A DNA stretch of 64,000 bases from Nitrospirota bacterium (lineage in GTDB: Bacteria > Nitrospirota > UBA9217), in NCBI GenBank assembly GCA_963818475.1, contig CAWFSF010000005.1, forward strand, positions 96,001-160,000, written 5' to 3'. Numbering within the stretch: position 1 is the stretch's first letter; every line of letters starts with the position of its first letter. The notes beneath the pieces were generated by a model that was not told the origin of the DNA, made no database searches, and worked only from the letters and a program-made list of their open reading frames with translations. This document shows positions 49,911 through 60,056 of the stretch, piece after piece. Position numbers and translations under genes: made by a program.

Positions 49911-50149
49911 TATCCGGAGAAACAGAAGGTGAACCTGCTTCTCGCACCAAAGAGCATGGACCTAAAAACGGCATTTGGACACGGAAGAATCGAAAACATC
50001 TGATTAACGCGGATAAATTCTATAGCAAAACATTCATCTATTGGGTGAACCTCTTATAAAGAAATAATCCGCCGTTATCCGGCTCTTATCCGTGTTTATC
50101 CGTGTCCAAGTGCTTTTTTAAGGATGAAAGGAACTTCAGCATGCTTGTA

Positions 50150-50725
50150 TCACAACGTCCTTTGTCTGTTTATGATCGACATGAATTCCTCTCTTGTCGC
50201 GGGGTTGGACCGGAACACTCCGAGGACCGACGAGGTCACGAACAGGGAGTTCTGTTTTTCCACGCCGCGCATCATCATGCAAAGGTGGCGCGCTTCGATC
50301 ATCACGCCAACGCCGTCGGCATTGATCGAATCCTTGATGGCATAGGCTATCTGCTCGGTCAAACGCTCCTGGATCTGAAGCCGCCTCGCATACATGTCCA
50401 CGAGCCGGGCCAGCTTGCTGATGCCGAAGACCTTCCCCCGGGGAATATACCCGATGTGGCACCGGCCGTAGAACGGCAGCATGTGGTGCTCGCACATGCT
50501 GTAGACCTCGATGTCCTTCACCACGACCATACTGGTCGTCTCTTGTTCGAATATCGCCTGATTGATCAGCCCCTGGACGTCAGCGTCATATCCCGAGGTC
50601 AGGTAGGAAAGGGAGGCGGCGACGCGCCGGGGCGTGGCAGCGAGCCCCTCCCGGTCCGGGTCCTCGCCGAGCTCGACGAGCAATTGTCTGACCAGGGTTT
50701 GGATCCGTTCACTGTTTCCGTCCAT
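50150..50725 (-). CDS. folE: GTP cyclohydrolase I
   Basis: [22 protein letters not shown] and HLCMMMRGV motifs. Confidence 0.96.
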   Translation of the reverse strand: MDGNSERIQTLVRQLLVELGEDPDREGLAATPRRVAASLSYLTSGYDADVQGLINQAIFEQETTSMVVVKDIEVYSMCEHHMLPFYGRCHIGYIPRGKVFGISKLARLVDMYARRLQIQERLTEQIAYAIKDSINADGVGVMIEARHLCMMMRGVEKQNSLFVTSSVLGVFRSNPATREEFMSIINRQRTL

Positions 50726-51236
50726 GGACTGTCCCCTTTCGGAGCCGCTCTGTATAGTCTTGCAGCGGTTTCATGGCATCCCGCGGCAACGCTGCTGCTA
50801 TGTCGCCTATGCGCAGGTCCGATCCCGGAAGCTGCAGGTCCGGCGCAAGTTCATGGAGCGGAATTGCGAGGAACGGCCTCCGGACGATATCAGGGTCCGG
50901 CAGCGTCAGACCCTCGGTTGCCATTACCAACTGGTCATACAGGACCAGGTCAAGGTCGATCGTCCGCGCAGCATAACGATCGTCGCTCCGAACACGGCCC
51001 AGCTCTTTCTCGATCCTCCGCAATACCTGCTGTTTCAATTCCACGGGCATAACGTCGGTCTCGATCTCCGCGACACAGTTATAGTAAGGCGGCTGCCCGG
51101 ATCTCCCCACGGCTTCTGTCAGGTAGACCGTGGATATTCCCCTGACCTGCACCGCTGTAGAGAGCAGGCGGATAGCCTTTTCAACGTTCTCGGCCGGTTC
51201 GACGTTCGAGCCGATACCCACAAAAGCCCGGGCCAT
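50709..51236 (-). CDS. folK: 6-hydroxymethyl-7,8-dihydropterin pyrophosphokinase
   Basis: GIGSN, IEKELGR and RTIDLDL motifs. Confidence 0.92.
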   Translation of the reverse strand: MARAFVGIGSNVEPAENVEKAIRLLSTAVQVRGISTVYLTEAVGRSGQPPYYNCVAEIETDVMPVELKQQVLRRIEKELGRVRSDDRYAARTIDLDLVLYDQLVMATEGLTLPDPDIVRRPFLAIPLHELAPDLQLPGSDLRIGDIAAALPRDAMKPLQDYTERLRKGTVHGRKQ

Positions 51237-51238
51237 GG

Positions 51239-51595
51239 CTAGGCGCCCCGACTCCGGGTGATCTCGACGCCCACGCTTCGCGCGAAGCGCAACGCAGTCG
51301 GTTTTTCCACCCGCACCCGTGCCTGATAAACCGCCGTGTGTTCGAGGCAGATCTCAGCGATCCTTTCTGCCAGGGCCTCCACGAGAAAGAACTGGGAACC
51401 CTCGGCCATGGCGACGATCTGTTTCTTGAGAGCCGCATAGTCTACCGAGTCCTCGATACGGTCGCTTTTGCCGGCTTTGTGAAGGTCGACGGACAGCGAC
51501 AGGTTGATCAGTACGTCCTGCTTATTCTTTCGTTCGTCGTCGCCAATGCCGATGATGCATCGCACGAGAAGGTCACTGATCAGGATCCGGTCCAT
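51239..51595 (-). CDS. folB: Dihydroneopterin aldolase (FolB/FolX family)
   Basis: IGIGDDER..KQ, SVDY, LVEALAE and VEKP motifs. Confidence 0.85.
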   Translation of the reverse strand: MDRILISDLLVRCIIGIGDDERKNKQDVLINLSLSVDLHKAGKSDRIEDSVDYAALKKQIVAMAEGSQFFLVEALAERIAEICLEHTAVYQARVRVEKPTALRFARSVGVEITRSRGA

Positions 51596-52364
51596 GGCCT
51601 TCCTCCAGAAGGTGCCGGCCGCCGTCAACGTAAATGATCTGGCCGGTCACATAATCGCTTTTGAGCAGATAGATCACCGCGTCTGCGATATCTTGCGGCC
51701 CGCCGTGTTTCCTGAGGGGGACCTTCTCTGCAAGTCGGTCAAGGTAGGCCTCATCCTTTCCCGCGGGCGGGAGGATAAGGCCGGGCGCCACTCCGTTCAC
51801 GGCGAAGGCGGGGGCGAATTCCAGCGCGCATAACCTGGTCAGGGACGCGAGCATCTGCTTGCTCAGAAGGTACGCCATATGCGTCTGGTCACGTCCCGTG
51901 ATGCGGGAATCGAGCAGGTTGATGATCTTGCCGCCGCCCGCAAGCCTGGCAAAATCGCGGGAGAGGACAAAAGGGGCCCAAGCATTCACCTGCACATGCC
52001 GCATGACGTCATTGAACCCTGCATCCTGGACGGTGCTGGGGAGAAAAATGGAGGCATTGTTGATGAGGATGTCAAGGCCCCCGGCTGCCTTCTGTGCCTG
52101 CACGATCAGGGACTCGTATTCTTCAGGCTTCTCCAGATCTGCCATGACCCTCCAGGCCTTTGCTCCGCAGTTTGCTACTTCGTCGCAAACCTTTCTTGTC
52201 TCTGCTTCCTGCGCCTTGCGGTCGTGAGCAACGATGTGCACGCCTTCCTCGGCAAGAGCGATCGCGATGGCCCGTCCTATGCGCTTGCTCGCACCCGTTA
52301 CCAGCGCGACCTTGCCCTTCAGTTTCTGCAAGGTCGCTTTGTCCCCGCTGAGATGCCCGGTCAT
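51573..52364 (-). CDS. Pteridine reductase/FolM-like SDR
   Basis: TGASKRIG, NNASIF, YLLSK and NGVAPGLIL motifs; pterin operon context. Confidence 0.85.
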   Translation of the reverse strand: MTGHLSGDKATLQKLKGKVALVTGASKRIGRAIAIALAEEGVHIVAHDRKAQEAETRKVCDEVANCGAKAWRVMADLEKPEEYESLIVQAQKAAGGLDILINNASIFLPSTVQDAGFNDVMRHVQVNAWAPFVLSRDFARLAGGGKIINLLDSRITGRDQTHMAYLLSKQMLASLTRLCALEFAPAFAVNGVAPGLILPPAGKDEAYLDRLAEKVPLRKHGGPQDIADAVIYLLKSDYVTGQIIYVDGGRHLLEEGHGPDPDQ

Positions 52365-52708
52365 GCGGCGTTCTCGCGCAGCAGGGGGGCCGTCAGCAGG
52401 TCTATTTTCGCAGCAACGATGAAGTCGTTCATCGATAGACCGCCGATCTTGTGTGTTGACAGTTTCAGCAGGACCTTATCATAGGAAATGAACATGTCCG
52501 GATGGTGGTCCTGCTCATTCGCCAGATCCGCGACGCGGTTCACGAAGTCCATGGCCGCGCGAAAATCTTTGAAACGCAGTTCTCTTTCGATCGTCCGTTC
52601 ACCAATCGACCAGAGCGGGATTTGTTGCAGCAGCTCTTTGGCTTCCCGACTCGACAAAGAAACGGTCCCCTTTGCTACGGGCTTTGCGGTCTGTTCCGAG
52701 AGTTTCAT
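52361..52708 (-). CDS. phhB: Pterin-4-alpha-carbinolamine dehydratase
   Basis: EQDHHPD and THKIGGLSMNDF motifs. Confidence 0.9.
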   Translation of the reverse strand: MKLSEQTAKPVAKGTVSLSSREAKELLQQIPLWSIGERTIERELRFKDFRAAMDFVNRVADLANEQDHHPDMFISYDKVLLKLSTHKIGGLSMNDFIVAAKIDLLTAPLLRENAA

Positions 52709-52980
52709 GGGATCATCTCCTTTCTTACGAGCGATCGCCAATCCTGGCGCTCCAAGAAGAACCTTTCAGGAGAAATGGAGAAAAATGGCGAAATGGGGAT
52801 TAATTCTTAATTAAAAGACGCTTACCCCTTTTCTCCCAACTTCCCCCTTTCTCCTCCAAAGAGGTTCTTGCAACGTAAGTATGAATGAACCAAACTTAAA
52901 GATTTCCTTTGCGTGCTTTGCGAGAGACGCCTTTGTTGTTCCGATGTTCTTTTGTGCCTTCTGTGGCCAACCAGCCGGTG

Positions 52981-54187
52981 TCATCGAATCGCCCCGCGCA
53001 GGCTCTCCGGGGTCCATTGTCCGCCCTTGCGGATCAGTTCGCGCGCCGCCTCGACCTTGTCCCACACATTGCACATCATCGCCCCGCGGACCTTGCCCTC
53101 CCTGAGGTAGTAGATCACGCCGGTATCGTTCTCTTTCTGCCAGTCGGCAAAGGTCTCAAGCTGACGCGTCCACCTCTCCCACCGCCTCGTACCCGAACTC
53201 GAAAAGGTCGGAGAAAAAATACGGCATATAGTCGTACGGCTTGTGCGCACCGGCCATGTTCAAGCCCGCCCACTTGCCCTGGTTCAGGGCATTGTCCCAG
53301 TGCTCGACGCGCGTTTGTTTCCCGAGCGCCTGGTAGGGGAAAAACGCGATATCGCCCGCAGCGTAGATGTCGGGGAGCGAGGCCTGAAGATATTCGTCGA
53401 CAATGACCCCGTTGGCGGTTTGCAGCCCCGCGCGTCGCGGAAGATCGAGCGAAGGCGCGATACCGATGCCCACGATCACCATGTCGGATTCGATCTTTTT
53501 CCCGCTCTCCGTGTACGTGAAGAACCGATCCCCCTCCTTGGAAAAAGCAGAAGGCTTCTCATTGGCCAGGACTTTTATCCCGCGAGAAAGGAACTGGTCC
53601 AGGAGCGCACGCCCCAGGTATTCGGGAAAGACCCTGTTCACGAGGTAGCTTTCGGGAAAGATCATGGTCACGTCGATCTTATTCATGGCCATCGCAGCCG
53701 CGATCTCGGAGCCGATGAACCCGCCGCCGATGACGACCGCCTTTTTTCCTTCTGTGGATTCGTTCCGTAACTTCAGGTAGTCGTCCAGCGTGCGAAAGTA
53801 GCAGATCCCCTCAAGGGTGCCGCCGGGGATGGGAAGCGTCCGCGGGACACCGCCTGTGGCAAGGAGAAGTTTTTGATATCGATACTGTTTTCCTGCCTTC
53901 GTCGTGACGGACCTCTGTTTCGGATCGAGCGACGTGATTGTGATGCCCGATGCAACGGTCACCTTATTCTCGTCGTAGAATTTCTGATCGTGGATAAATA
54001 TCTCTTCGACCTTCTTCTTGCCGAACCAGAGCTTTTTCGTCAGCGGCGGGCGGTCATAGGGCAGGTGCTTCTCGGAACTGACGAGCAGGATTGCCCCCTT
54101 CTTGTCGCGCTCCCGAATCCCTTCAACGGCCGAAGCCCCCGCCAGGCCGCCGCCGACAATGATGTATGCATATGCCCGTTCATCCAT
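52981..54187 (-). CDS. FAD-dependent ferredoxin-reductase-like oxidoreductase (frameshift near 53165)
   Basis: GGGLAG, PYDRPPLTK, GGGFIG, RVEHWDNA and PYFFSD motifs. Confidence 0.88.
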
Positions 54188-54377
54188 GGAATGCGACCTC
54201 CTCGCGCATTGTGGATCCATTTTTGCCTGCACTTCAAGTATGATCAAGTCAAAAGAAGTTCTTTTTTTACCGGTGCCTTCCTCCGCACCTCCGCGTCTCG
54301 GCGGTGGACAGTGACTTTTTTACGAATGTATTTAGTATAACACGGGCGAAAACGAGTTGTGTGCGACAGTGGCAGCA

Positions 54378-55325
54378 TCATCCGTGCCATGCGCAGACAG
54401 CAGCCTCCGGGCTGGTTTCCATGTCCGTCTGCAATATGCGGCGATTGATCTCCAGGGCGGCTGTTGCGCCTTCGCCTGCTGCGATGACCACCTGGTCCTG
54501 GCCCGTGTTCAGGGGGCCGACGATATACAGGCCGTCGAGGGAGGACTCTAACTCCCGGGACACGATGTACTTGAAACCATGGGCGTCGCGCTTCAGCTTC
54601 AGTTCCTTCAGGAAATCGTCGTTCAAGGTCACGCCGAAGGATGCCATGATCGCCTCGCAGAAAACCACACTCCCGTCGGCCATCTCGAGCCCTTTTACTG
54701 CGGCTCCACCCTGGATGGCCTTGGGCTCGCCTTTGATGACAGTGATGCTTTCTTCCTCCAGCAGCTCCCGGCTGCTCTCAGGCAAGGTGAAGCGCCAGGG
54801 CAAATAGGAGACATCCGGCGTGAACAGCCGCTTCATGGCCACGGCAAGGTTGACGGACCCCATTTCGTCCCCCATCACCACGAGCTTCCTGCCGTTGGTC
54901 TTATACCCGTCGCAATCGATGCAGGTGTAGTAGCCCTGCCCCAGAAAGCGGGTCACGTTCCCGAGCACCGGCAGCTTGTCATAGACACCGGAGGCCACGA
55001 TCACAAAGCGGGAGAAGTACGATTTGTCCTGGGTCCTGACCAGGAACAGGTCGGCCTTTTCCACGGCCACCACGCGCTCCCGTTCTATCCTGACACCAAA
55101 GCTCTTTGCCTGCTCCATGCCGCGCGTGATGATCTCGCTGCCCGAGATATGCGCGTGCGTCAGCACGTTCTCGATGTGCGGTGCGTGCCACGTGCGTCCG
55201 CCGCTGCGGTCGAGCAGCAGCACGTTCCGGTTATACCGGCCGAGATAGATCGCCGCCTGCAATCCGCCCGGTCCCGCACCGATGATTATGCAGTCGTAGA
55301 CGCGGTCTCCCATGTCCATGTCCAC
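54378..55325 (-). CDS. Thioredoxin reductase-like FAD oxidoreductase
   Basis: IGAGPGG, CIDCDG and QVVIAAGEGA motifs. Confidence 0.88.
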   Translation of the reverse strand: MDMDMGDRVYDCIIIGAGPGGLQAAIYLGRYNRNVLLLDRSGGRTWHAPHIENVLTHAHISGSEIITRGMEQAKSFGVRIERERVVAVEKADLFLVRTQDKSYFSRFVIVASGVYDKLPVLGNVTRFLGQGYYTCIDCDGYKTNGRKLVVMGDEMGSVNLAVAMKRLFTPDVSYLPWRFTLPESSRELLEEESITVIKGEPKAIQGGAAVKGLEMADGSVVFCEAIMASFGVTLNDDFLKELKLKRDAHGFKYIVSRELESSLDGLYIVGPLNTGQDQVVIAAGEGATAALEINRRILQTDMETSPEAAVCAWHG

Positions 55326-55420
55326 CCCCCTTCTGCTGCAAAGCTCCTAGCGGCCCGCGCGCATCTCGTTTCTCATGAGGCGCCTCCGCCTTTCCCGTCT
55401 ACTCCCAATAAACAATATGA

Positions 55421-55912
55421 TCAGTCCGAGGTCCTGACCTGCGCTCCTCCGCCGACAGCGAACCGTTCGACGACTTCAAGGTTTGCAACGCCATTCGCTG
55501 CGAATTCCTGGACATAACGCTGCCGGATGGGCTCTTCCGCGGCCTGCCGTTCGCTGTCGCTCATTTCGTTGAGGTGGGCGATCCCGCCCGCCATCTGCGC
55601 TGCATCACGCGCGGACAATCTGGCTATCAGTTGATCCCAGAAGAGGTGGTCGCCGAATTCGTCGATCACGTCATGGGCCATGCTGTTTTCTTCAAATTCC
55701 GCGGTCGGCACGTACGTATGTTCATGCTCGTTATAGCCGATCAGTTGATCCAGTCCTTCCCGCCCTGCGAGAGCATAGAGTTTCTGGATGAGTGCGCGGT
55801 GTTCCCTGCTGCGCATGATATTTTCTTTACGATGCCCGGACATGACCACATCGGAGATATGGAGAATGTCCAACAGCTCGCGGTATTCTTTTGGTGAAAT
55901 TTCGATAATCAT
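55421..55912 (-). CDS. Hypothetical protein
   Basis: ORF with RBS GGAAAGG; FWDQLIARLSARD motif; no family recognised. Confidence 0.7.
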   Translation of the reverse strand: MIIEISPKEYRELLDILHISDVVMSGHRKENIMRSREHRALIQKLYALAGREGLDQLIGYNEHEHTYVPTAEFEENSMAHDVIDEFGDHLFWDQLIARLSARDAAQMAGGIAHLNEMSDSERQAAEEPIRQRYVQEFAANGVANLEVVERFAVGGGAQVRTSD

Positions 55913-56183
55913 GGTTTTTACCTTTCCGGGTCGATTGCATCGTGACCTCTTCTTCGGTAATATTCCGCTTTTTTTGGCCTCTCTTTTCTGCCGGACCGAC
56001 CGACTAAAGTTGTAGTTGTATAAGACAAATGGCACGTCTGCTTATATAAAGCATAGCAAGATTTTTTGAAGAAAGACCTGCTCTTCGTGCATTCCTTTCA
56101 GCACATTGACAACACAAGAGACAGTGCTATGTTTAAATTGCATTCGCTGCCGCTTTCCGCGCAGCTGCGAGGTTTTTTGGGCG

Positions 56184-56552
56184 ATGGTAAAGATCAAGCG
56201 AGTTTATGACCCGCCTTTGCCGGGCGACGGCAAGCGGATCCTCGTCGACCGTTTATGGCCCCGCGGCGTTAAAAAGATAGAGGCCCACGTCGATGAATGG
56301 CTCAAGGATATAGCGCCGAGCAACGAGCTTCGCGCCTGGTACGGGCATGAGCCCGCCAGATGGCAGGAGTTCAGAAACCGGTATCTGAAGGAATTACGAA
56401 ACAACGCGGAACTGGTCACCCGGCTGAAGCAGGAGGGGAAAAAAGGGACACTGACTCTTCTGTTCTCGGCAAAGGACAGCGAACATTCAAACGCTGCTGT
56501 GCTCAAGGAACTGCTCAGCAGGAAAACAGCTTCATCACAGGAGGCAACGACC
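56184..56552 (+). CDS. DUF488/YeaO family protein (no stop; runs in frame into next gene)
   Basis: KRVYD, RILVDRLWPRG, IAPS.ELR.WYGH and NAAVL motifs. Confidence 0.85.
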
Positions 56553-57200
56553 ATGAAAAGCACAGCTCGTAAAGCAGGAGCATTGTTGTTGGGGATGTTC
56601 GTACTCTTGACCGGCCCCACCGCATTCGCGGCAAAAAAGACGGGCGGCGCTCTGGTGACGCCGAAGGCGCTTGAATTGAAGCTCGCCATGCGGGACCTCT
56701 GGGTCGGCCATATCTTCTGGGTCAGGAACGTGGTCCTGGAGACCAAGGCGGGCAACACTGAAGCGGCCAAGGTAGCCGAGACCAAAGTGGTGGAGGACGC
56801 CAGGGCAATAGCTGACGCTATCGTCCCGATCTACGGAAAGGAGGCCGGGGACAAGCTCTTTGGTCTTCTTGCCGGCCACTACGGGGCGGTCAAAGGCTAC
56901 ATGACCACGGCCTTTGCGGGCGACGAAGGCTCAAAGGGCGCATCCAAGGATAAGATCAAGGCGAATGCCGAAGAGATAGCAACGTTCCTGAATTCCGCCA
57001 ATCCGAAGAACTGGCCCAAGGACGCATTGATGGGTCTGCTCATGGCCCACGGCGTGCATCATGTTGCCCAGATCGACCAGGTCAACAGCAAGGATGTTGC
57101 TGCCGAGGCAAAGACCTGGGATGATATGAAGAACCACATTTATACGATAGCCGATGCCCTGTCAGACGGCATCGTGAAGCAGTTCCCCAAGAAGTTCTAA
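56553..57200 (+). CDS. Exported His-containing helical-bundle protein (MRxLWxxH family)
   Basis: Own AGGAGG RBS and signal peptide; MRDLWVGHIFW, LAGHY and AHGVHH. Confidence 0.75.
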   Translation: MKSTARKAGALLLGMFVLLTGPTAFAAKKTGGALVTPKALELKLAMRDLWVGHIFWVRNVVLETKAGNTEAAKVAETKVVEDARAIADAIVPIYGKEAGDKLFGLLAGHYGAVKGYMTTAFAGDEGSKGASKDKIKANAEEIATFLNSANPKNWPKDALMGLLMAHGVHHVAQIDQVNSKDVAAEAKTWDDMKNHIYTIADALSDGIVKQFPKKF

Positions 57201-57324
57201 GAGCGTGAATTGAGAACTGCCTTCGCGAAACAACAGTCAGGACGATGATCGGGAGAAACGGTGAGAATACGCTTCTCCCGCTGTTGCACCATACCAGGCC
57301 TTTTCCCAAACAGCAACTTGCAAA

Positions 57325-57356
57325 CAAAAAAAGGCCCCCGTTGCCGGGGGCCTTTT
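57325..57356. terminator. Bidirectional terminator
   Basis: aaaaaaaggcccccg-ttgc-cgggggcctttt between convergent genes. Confidence 0.85.
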
Positions 57357-57367
57357 CCAGGACTTTT

Positions 57368-57949
57368 TTATTGCACTGGATAACCGCCGCCGTAGACGAT
57401 CTGTGACTTGGTGGGAATAAATATTTTCTGCGAAGATGAAGCAGTCCAGGACGCCATGCCGAAACGAAGTGTCCAGGTATCATAACCAAGGGTGTTAAGA
57501 ATACCGGTCACGACCGAAGCAGTATGACCCGTGTAGCAAACAACCAGGATCGGTTTATCGGTCGGGTACAGAAGGAGACTTTCAGGCTTGGCTACATCTG
57601 CAAACTGCACGTTGGTGGCGCCTTCAATATGGCCTTTTGCAAAATCAACAGCCGTCCTGATATCGAGAACAAAGAAATCGGACAGGTCATCATAAGGATT
57701 GTCCACATTGTTGACACCATCATTAAAGACCGAAGCAAAAATCGTGCGATGAGGGCCGCCTGCTGCGCTCAGATACAGATCGGCATATTTCGCGATGATC
57801 GCAAATTGCCCTGCCGGGATCGGACCATTCGACTTGATCGCACTTGCAACTTCTCCAACACCTTCACCATCTTGATCTTCCGCAAAAACTACCGGTGACA
57901 CAGCCACGAGAAGCATCAGCACCAGAACGGCAAGAATTTTCTTACTCAT
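57368..57949 (-). CDS. Exported rhodanese, copy B
   Basis: Paralog of 45716-46276 (NPYDDLSDFFVLDIR, YPTDKPIL.VCYTG). Confidence 0.88.
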   Translation of the reverse strand: MSKKILAVLVLMLLVAVSPVVFAEDQDGEGVGEVASAIKSNGPIPAGQFAIIAKYADLYLSAAGGPHRTIFASVFNDGVNNVDNPYDDLSDFFVLDIRTAVDFAKGHIEGATNVQFADVAKPESLLLYPTDKPILVVCYTGHTASVVTGILNTLGYDTWTLRFGMASWTASSSQKIFIPTKSQIVYGGGYPVQ

Positions 57950-58580
57950 GATCCACCTCCATTTGGGATTAACAGATTTGATGTATTGTTTTGTCCGCTT
58001 ATCCCCCTTCACCCCCTTCGGTTACCCCGGCGGACGACTAAAGTATTACAAAAGTATTAAAAGCTTATCACAAGAATTAGTATTTGTAAAATAATTAAGT
58101 AAAAAAATAGTCCTTTAAAATCAATCAATTATAAGAACGGCATACCGCGGGGATGATTTTTTCAGGGCTCTGGATACTCCAGAACGGACGGATCGGTGAG
58201 CAGGATCGTGAAGGGCGAGATAAAAGTCAAGTCGCCAAACCGCAGAAAAAAATCATGGTGCAGTGCGCAAAGAGCTGGACGGAAGATGTTCGGGAGGAAC
58301 AGCAACAAGACCGTTTCTTCCTTTTTTTACAGATAAGCGAATGAGCACCTGGCAGCGTTTCCTGTTATCTGCGCGCTCTCGACCTGCATCAGCATGATGC
58401 AGGCGTCCCCTGAAACGTTCTCCTCATCCGATCCCGCCCAATCGCACCTCCTGGGGGAACAAAGTATCAAAGAAGTGCTATACTTCACCTAGTGGACGGA
58501 TTTATCGGTGAAGCCCATGGCAGAGAAAGTCCATTACCATCGCCAGAGAACGATTCGTCACGCATATCCAGGGAGGCTGT

Positions 58581-58874
58581 ATGAACGGGGATGTATGTTT
58601 ACCCGATAAGTCGCAAATCGCGCGTGAGATCCTGACGTATTTAAATAAACATCCGAATGCACAGGATACGCTGGATGGTATTCTGCAAGTCTGGTTTCTC
58701 GACCGGAAGGACAGGTACAAACCGACAATAGTACAAGAAGTACTAAAAGACCTTGTTCTGGAAGGAACGATCTTAGAAGAAAAAATACCGGGTTCAAATA
58801 CGATCTATCGGCTTAACCCCGCCAAGCGGGATAGAATGAAAAATTTGTCGAAGCACGCTGGGGAAAAAGATTAG
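58581..58874 (+). CDS. Small winged-helix-like hypothetical protein
   Basis: EILTYLNKHPNAQDTLDGI..W motif; GGAGG RBS. Confidence 0.7.
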   Translation: MNGDVCLPDKSQIAREILTYLNKHPNAQDTLDGILQVWFLDRKDRYKPTIVQEVLKDLVLEGTILEEKIPGSNTIYRLNPAKRDRMKNLSKHAGEKD

Positions 58875-59306
58875 CGGTTCACAGAGCTATGATCGGCTGA
58901 AGAGCGGCTCCGGACGTATTGCACGGGAAAGGACGGTTTTCATGTCACTACTTGCCAAAGATACGAGGGATCTCGTTCATTTGAATTTCGTCGGACATTC
59001 TCTGTTCCAGCTGATCAAGAAAGTGCGGGAATATCCGGGGGTCCCGGAGCAGGTTCCCACCTGGCAAGAAGGGTACGATGGAATAGAAATTGGGTATGAG
59101 GCCAGCTGGGCAGGGATCTTTCCGCCTCCGGTGAAATAGCGTCTTCCCCGCAGCGACTTACCATGCCTTGCCCGAAGCTGCGATACTTCCCCTGGTTCAC
59201 CCGGCAACGGTCGCCTAATACTGCAAAAGAAACAATTCACCCTCCTCTGAAAACATCCGATAAGCCCCCTACTCTTGACGTGCAAATAATTTTAGATCGT
59301 CGTGGT

Positions 59307-60056
59307 TCAGGAGCGAGAGAAACTCTCTAACAGAGAGGCCGCTTCATGGTCCACCATCCAGGTAAGATTCCCCCTAGCCGGCTGCACCAGGCCCGCTGGA
59401 TATCCCCTGGGGTTCCCGTCCTCCACGATCTCGTGCAAGACAGCGGCCTTGCTCCGCCCATTGACAAGGAAGATTATATCGCTCGCATTACACAGGACCG
59501 GGAGCGTCAGGGTGACCCGGTTTAACTGGGGAGGCTCGAGATGAACAGGCAGGACCCAGTGTTCGCGTTCGTGAAGCGCTGCTGCGCCCGGGAAGAGCGA
59601 TGCCGTATGTCCGTTCACACCCATACCTAAAAGCTCTACATCGAACCGCGGCAGAACTCCCGCAAAGAAGCTGCGTAGTTCCTGCTCATAGGCCGCGGCT
59701 GCCTTGTCCGGACCGTCCTCTCCGGCCATGCGATGCACCTGTGACGGGGAAAGCGGCAGATAATCCATGAATGCGTCGCGGGCAAGGCGGTAATTGCTAT
59801 CGTTATGGTCGGGAGGGACGCAGCGTTCGTCTACCCAGAAGAGGTGCGTTTTGGACCAGGGCAGCTTCCTGCGCCAGGGATCTGCTGCGAAGAACGAGAA
59901 AAGCTGTTTTGGCGTGAAGCCGCCGGACAGGGCAAGAATGAACCTGCCCCGGGCGTTGAAGCTGGAGAGCGCGCAGTCTAGGACAAGGTTGGCAGCAGCG
60001 CTGCTCAGGGCGTCCAAGTCATTGTACACCTTGACCACTGGTTCAACCGGTTTCAT
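59307..60056 (-). CDS. pgl: 6-phosphogluconolactonase
   Basis: LSGGFTP, WVDERCV, SNY and GHTASLFP motifs. Confidence 0.95.
   Translation of the reverse strand: MKPVEPVVKVYNDLDALSSAAANLVLDCALSSFNARGRFILALSGGFTPKQLFSFFAADPWRRKLPWSKTHLFWVDERCVPPDHNDSNYRLARDAFMDYLPLSPSQVHRMAGEDGPDKAAAAYEQELRSFFAGVLPRFDVELLGMGVNGHTASLFPGAAALHEREHWVLPVHLEPPQLNRVTLTLPVLCNASDIIFLVNGRSKAAVLHEIVEDGNPRGYPAGLVQPARGNLTWMVDHEAASLLESFSRS

Noticed and set aside
2560-54187. Frameshifts in pstA, pstS, GT21, TPR-like, HupE, phosphatase, porin, phoR, transposase, IMPase, uvrC, TrxR-like, cytochrome c and reductase genes as mass pseudogenisation or programmed frameshifting
   Set aside because: They are isolated single-base indels, often at short homopolymers, hit core genes as well, and show no nonsense decay. 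Long-read error is the simplest explanation.
58515-58535. Sigma54 promoter (tggcagagaaagtcc)
   Set aside because: The -12 GC element is missing.
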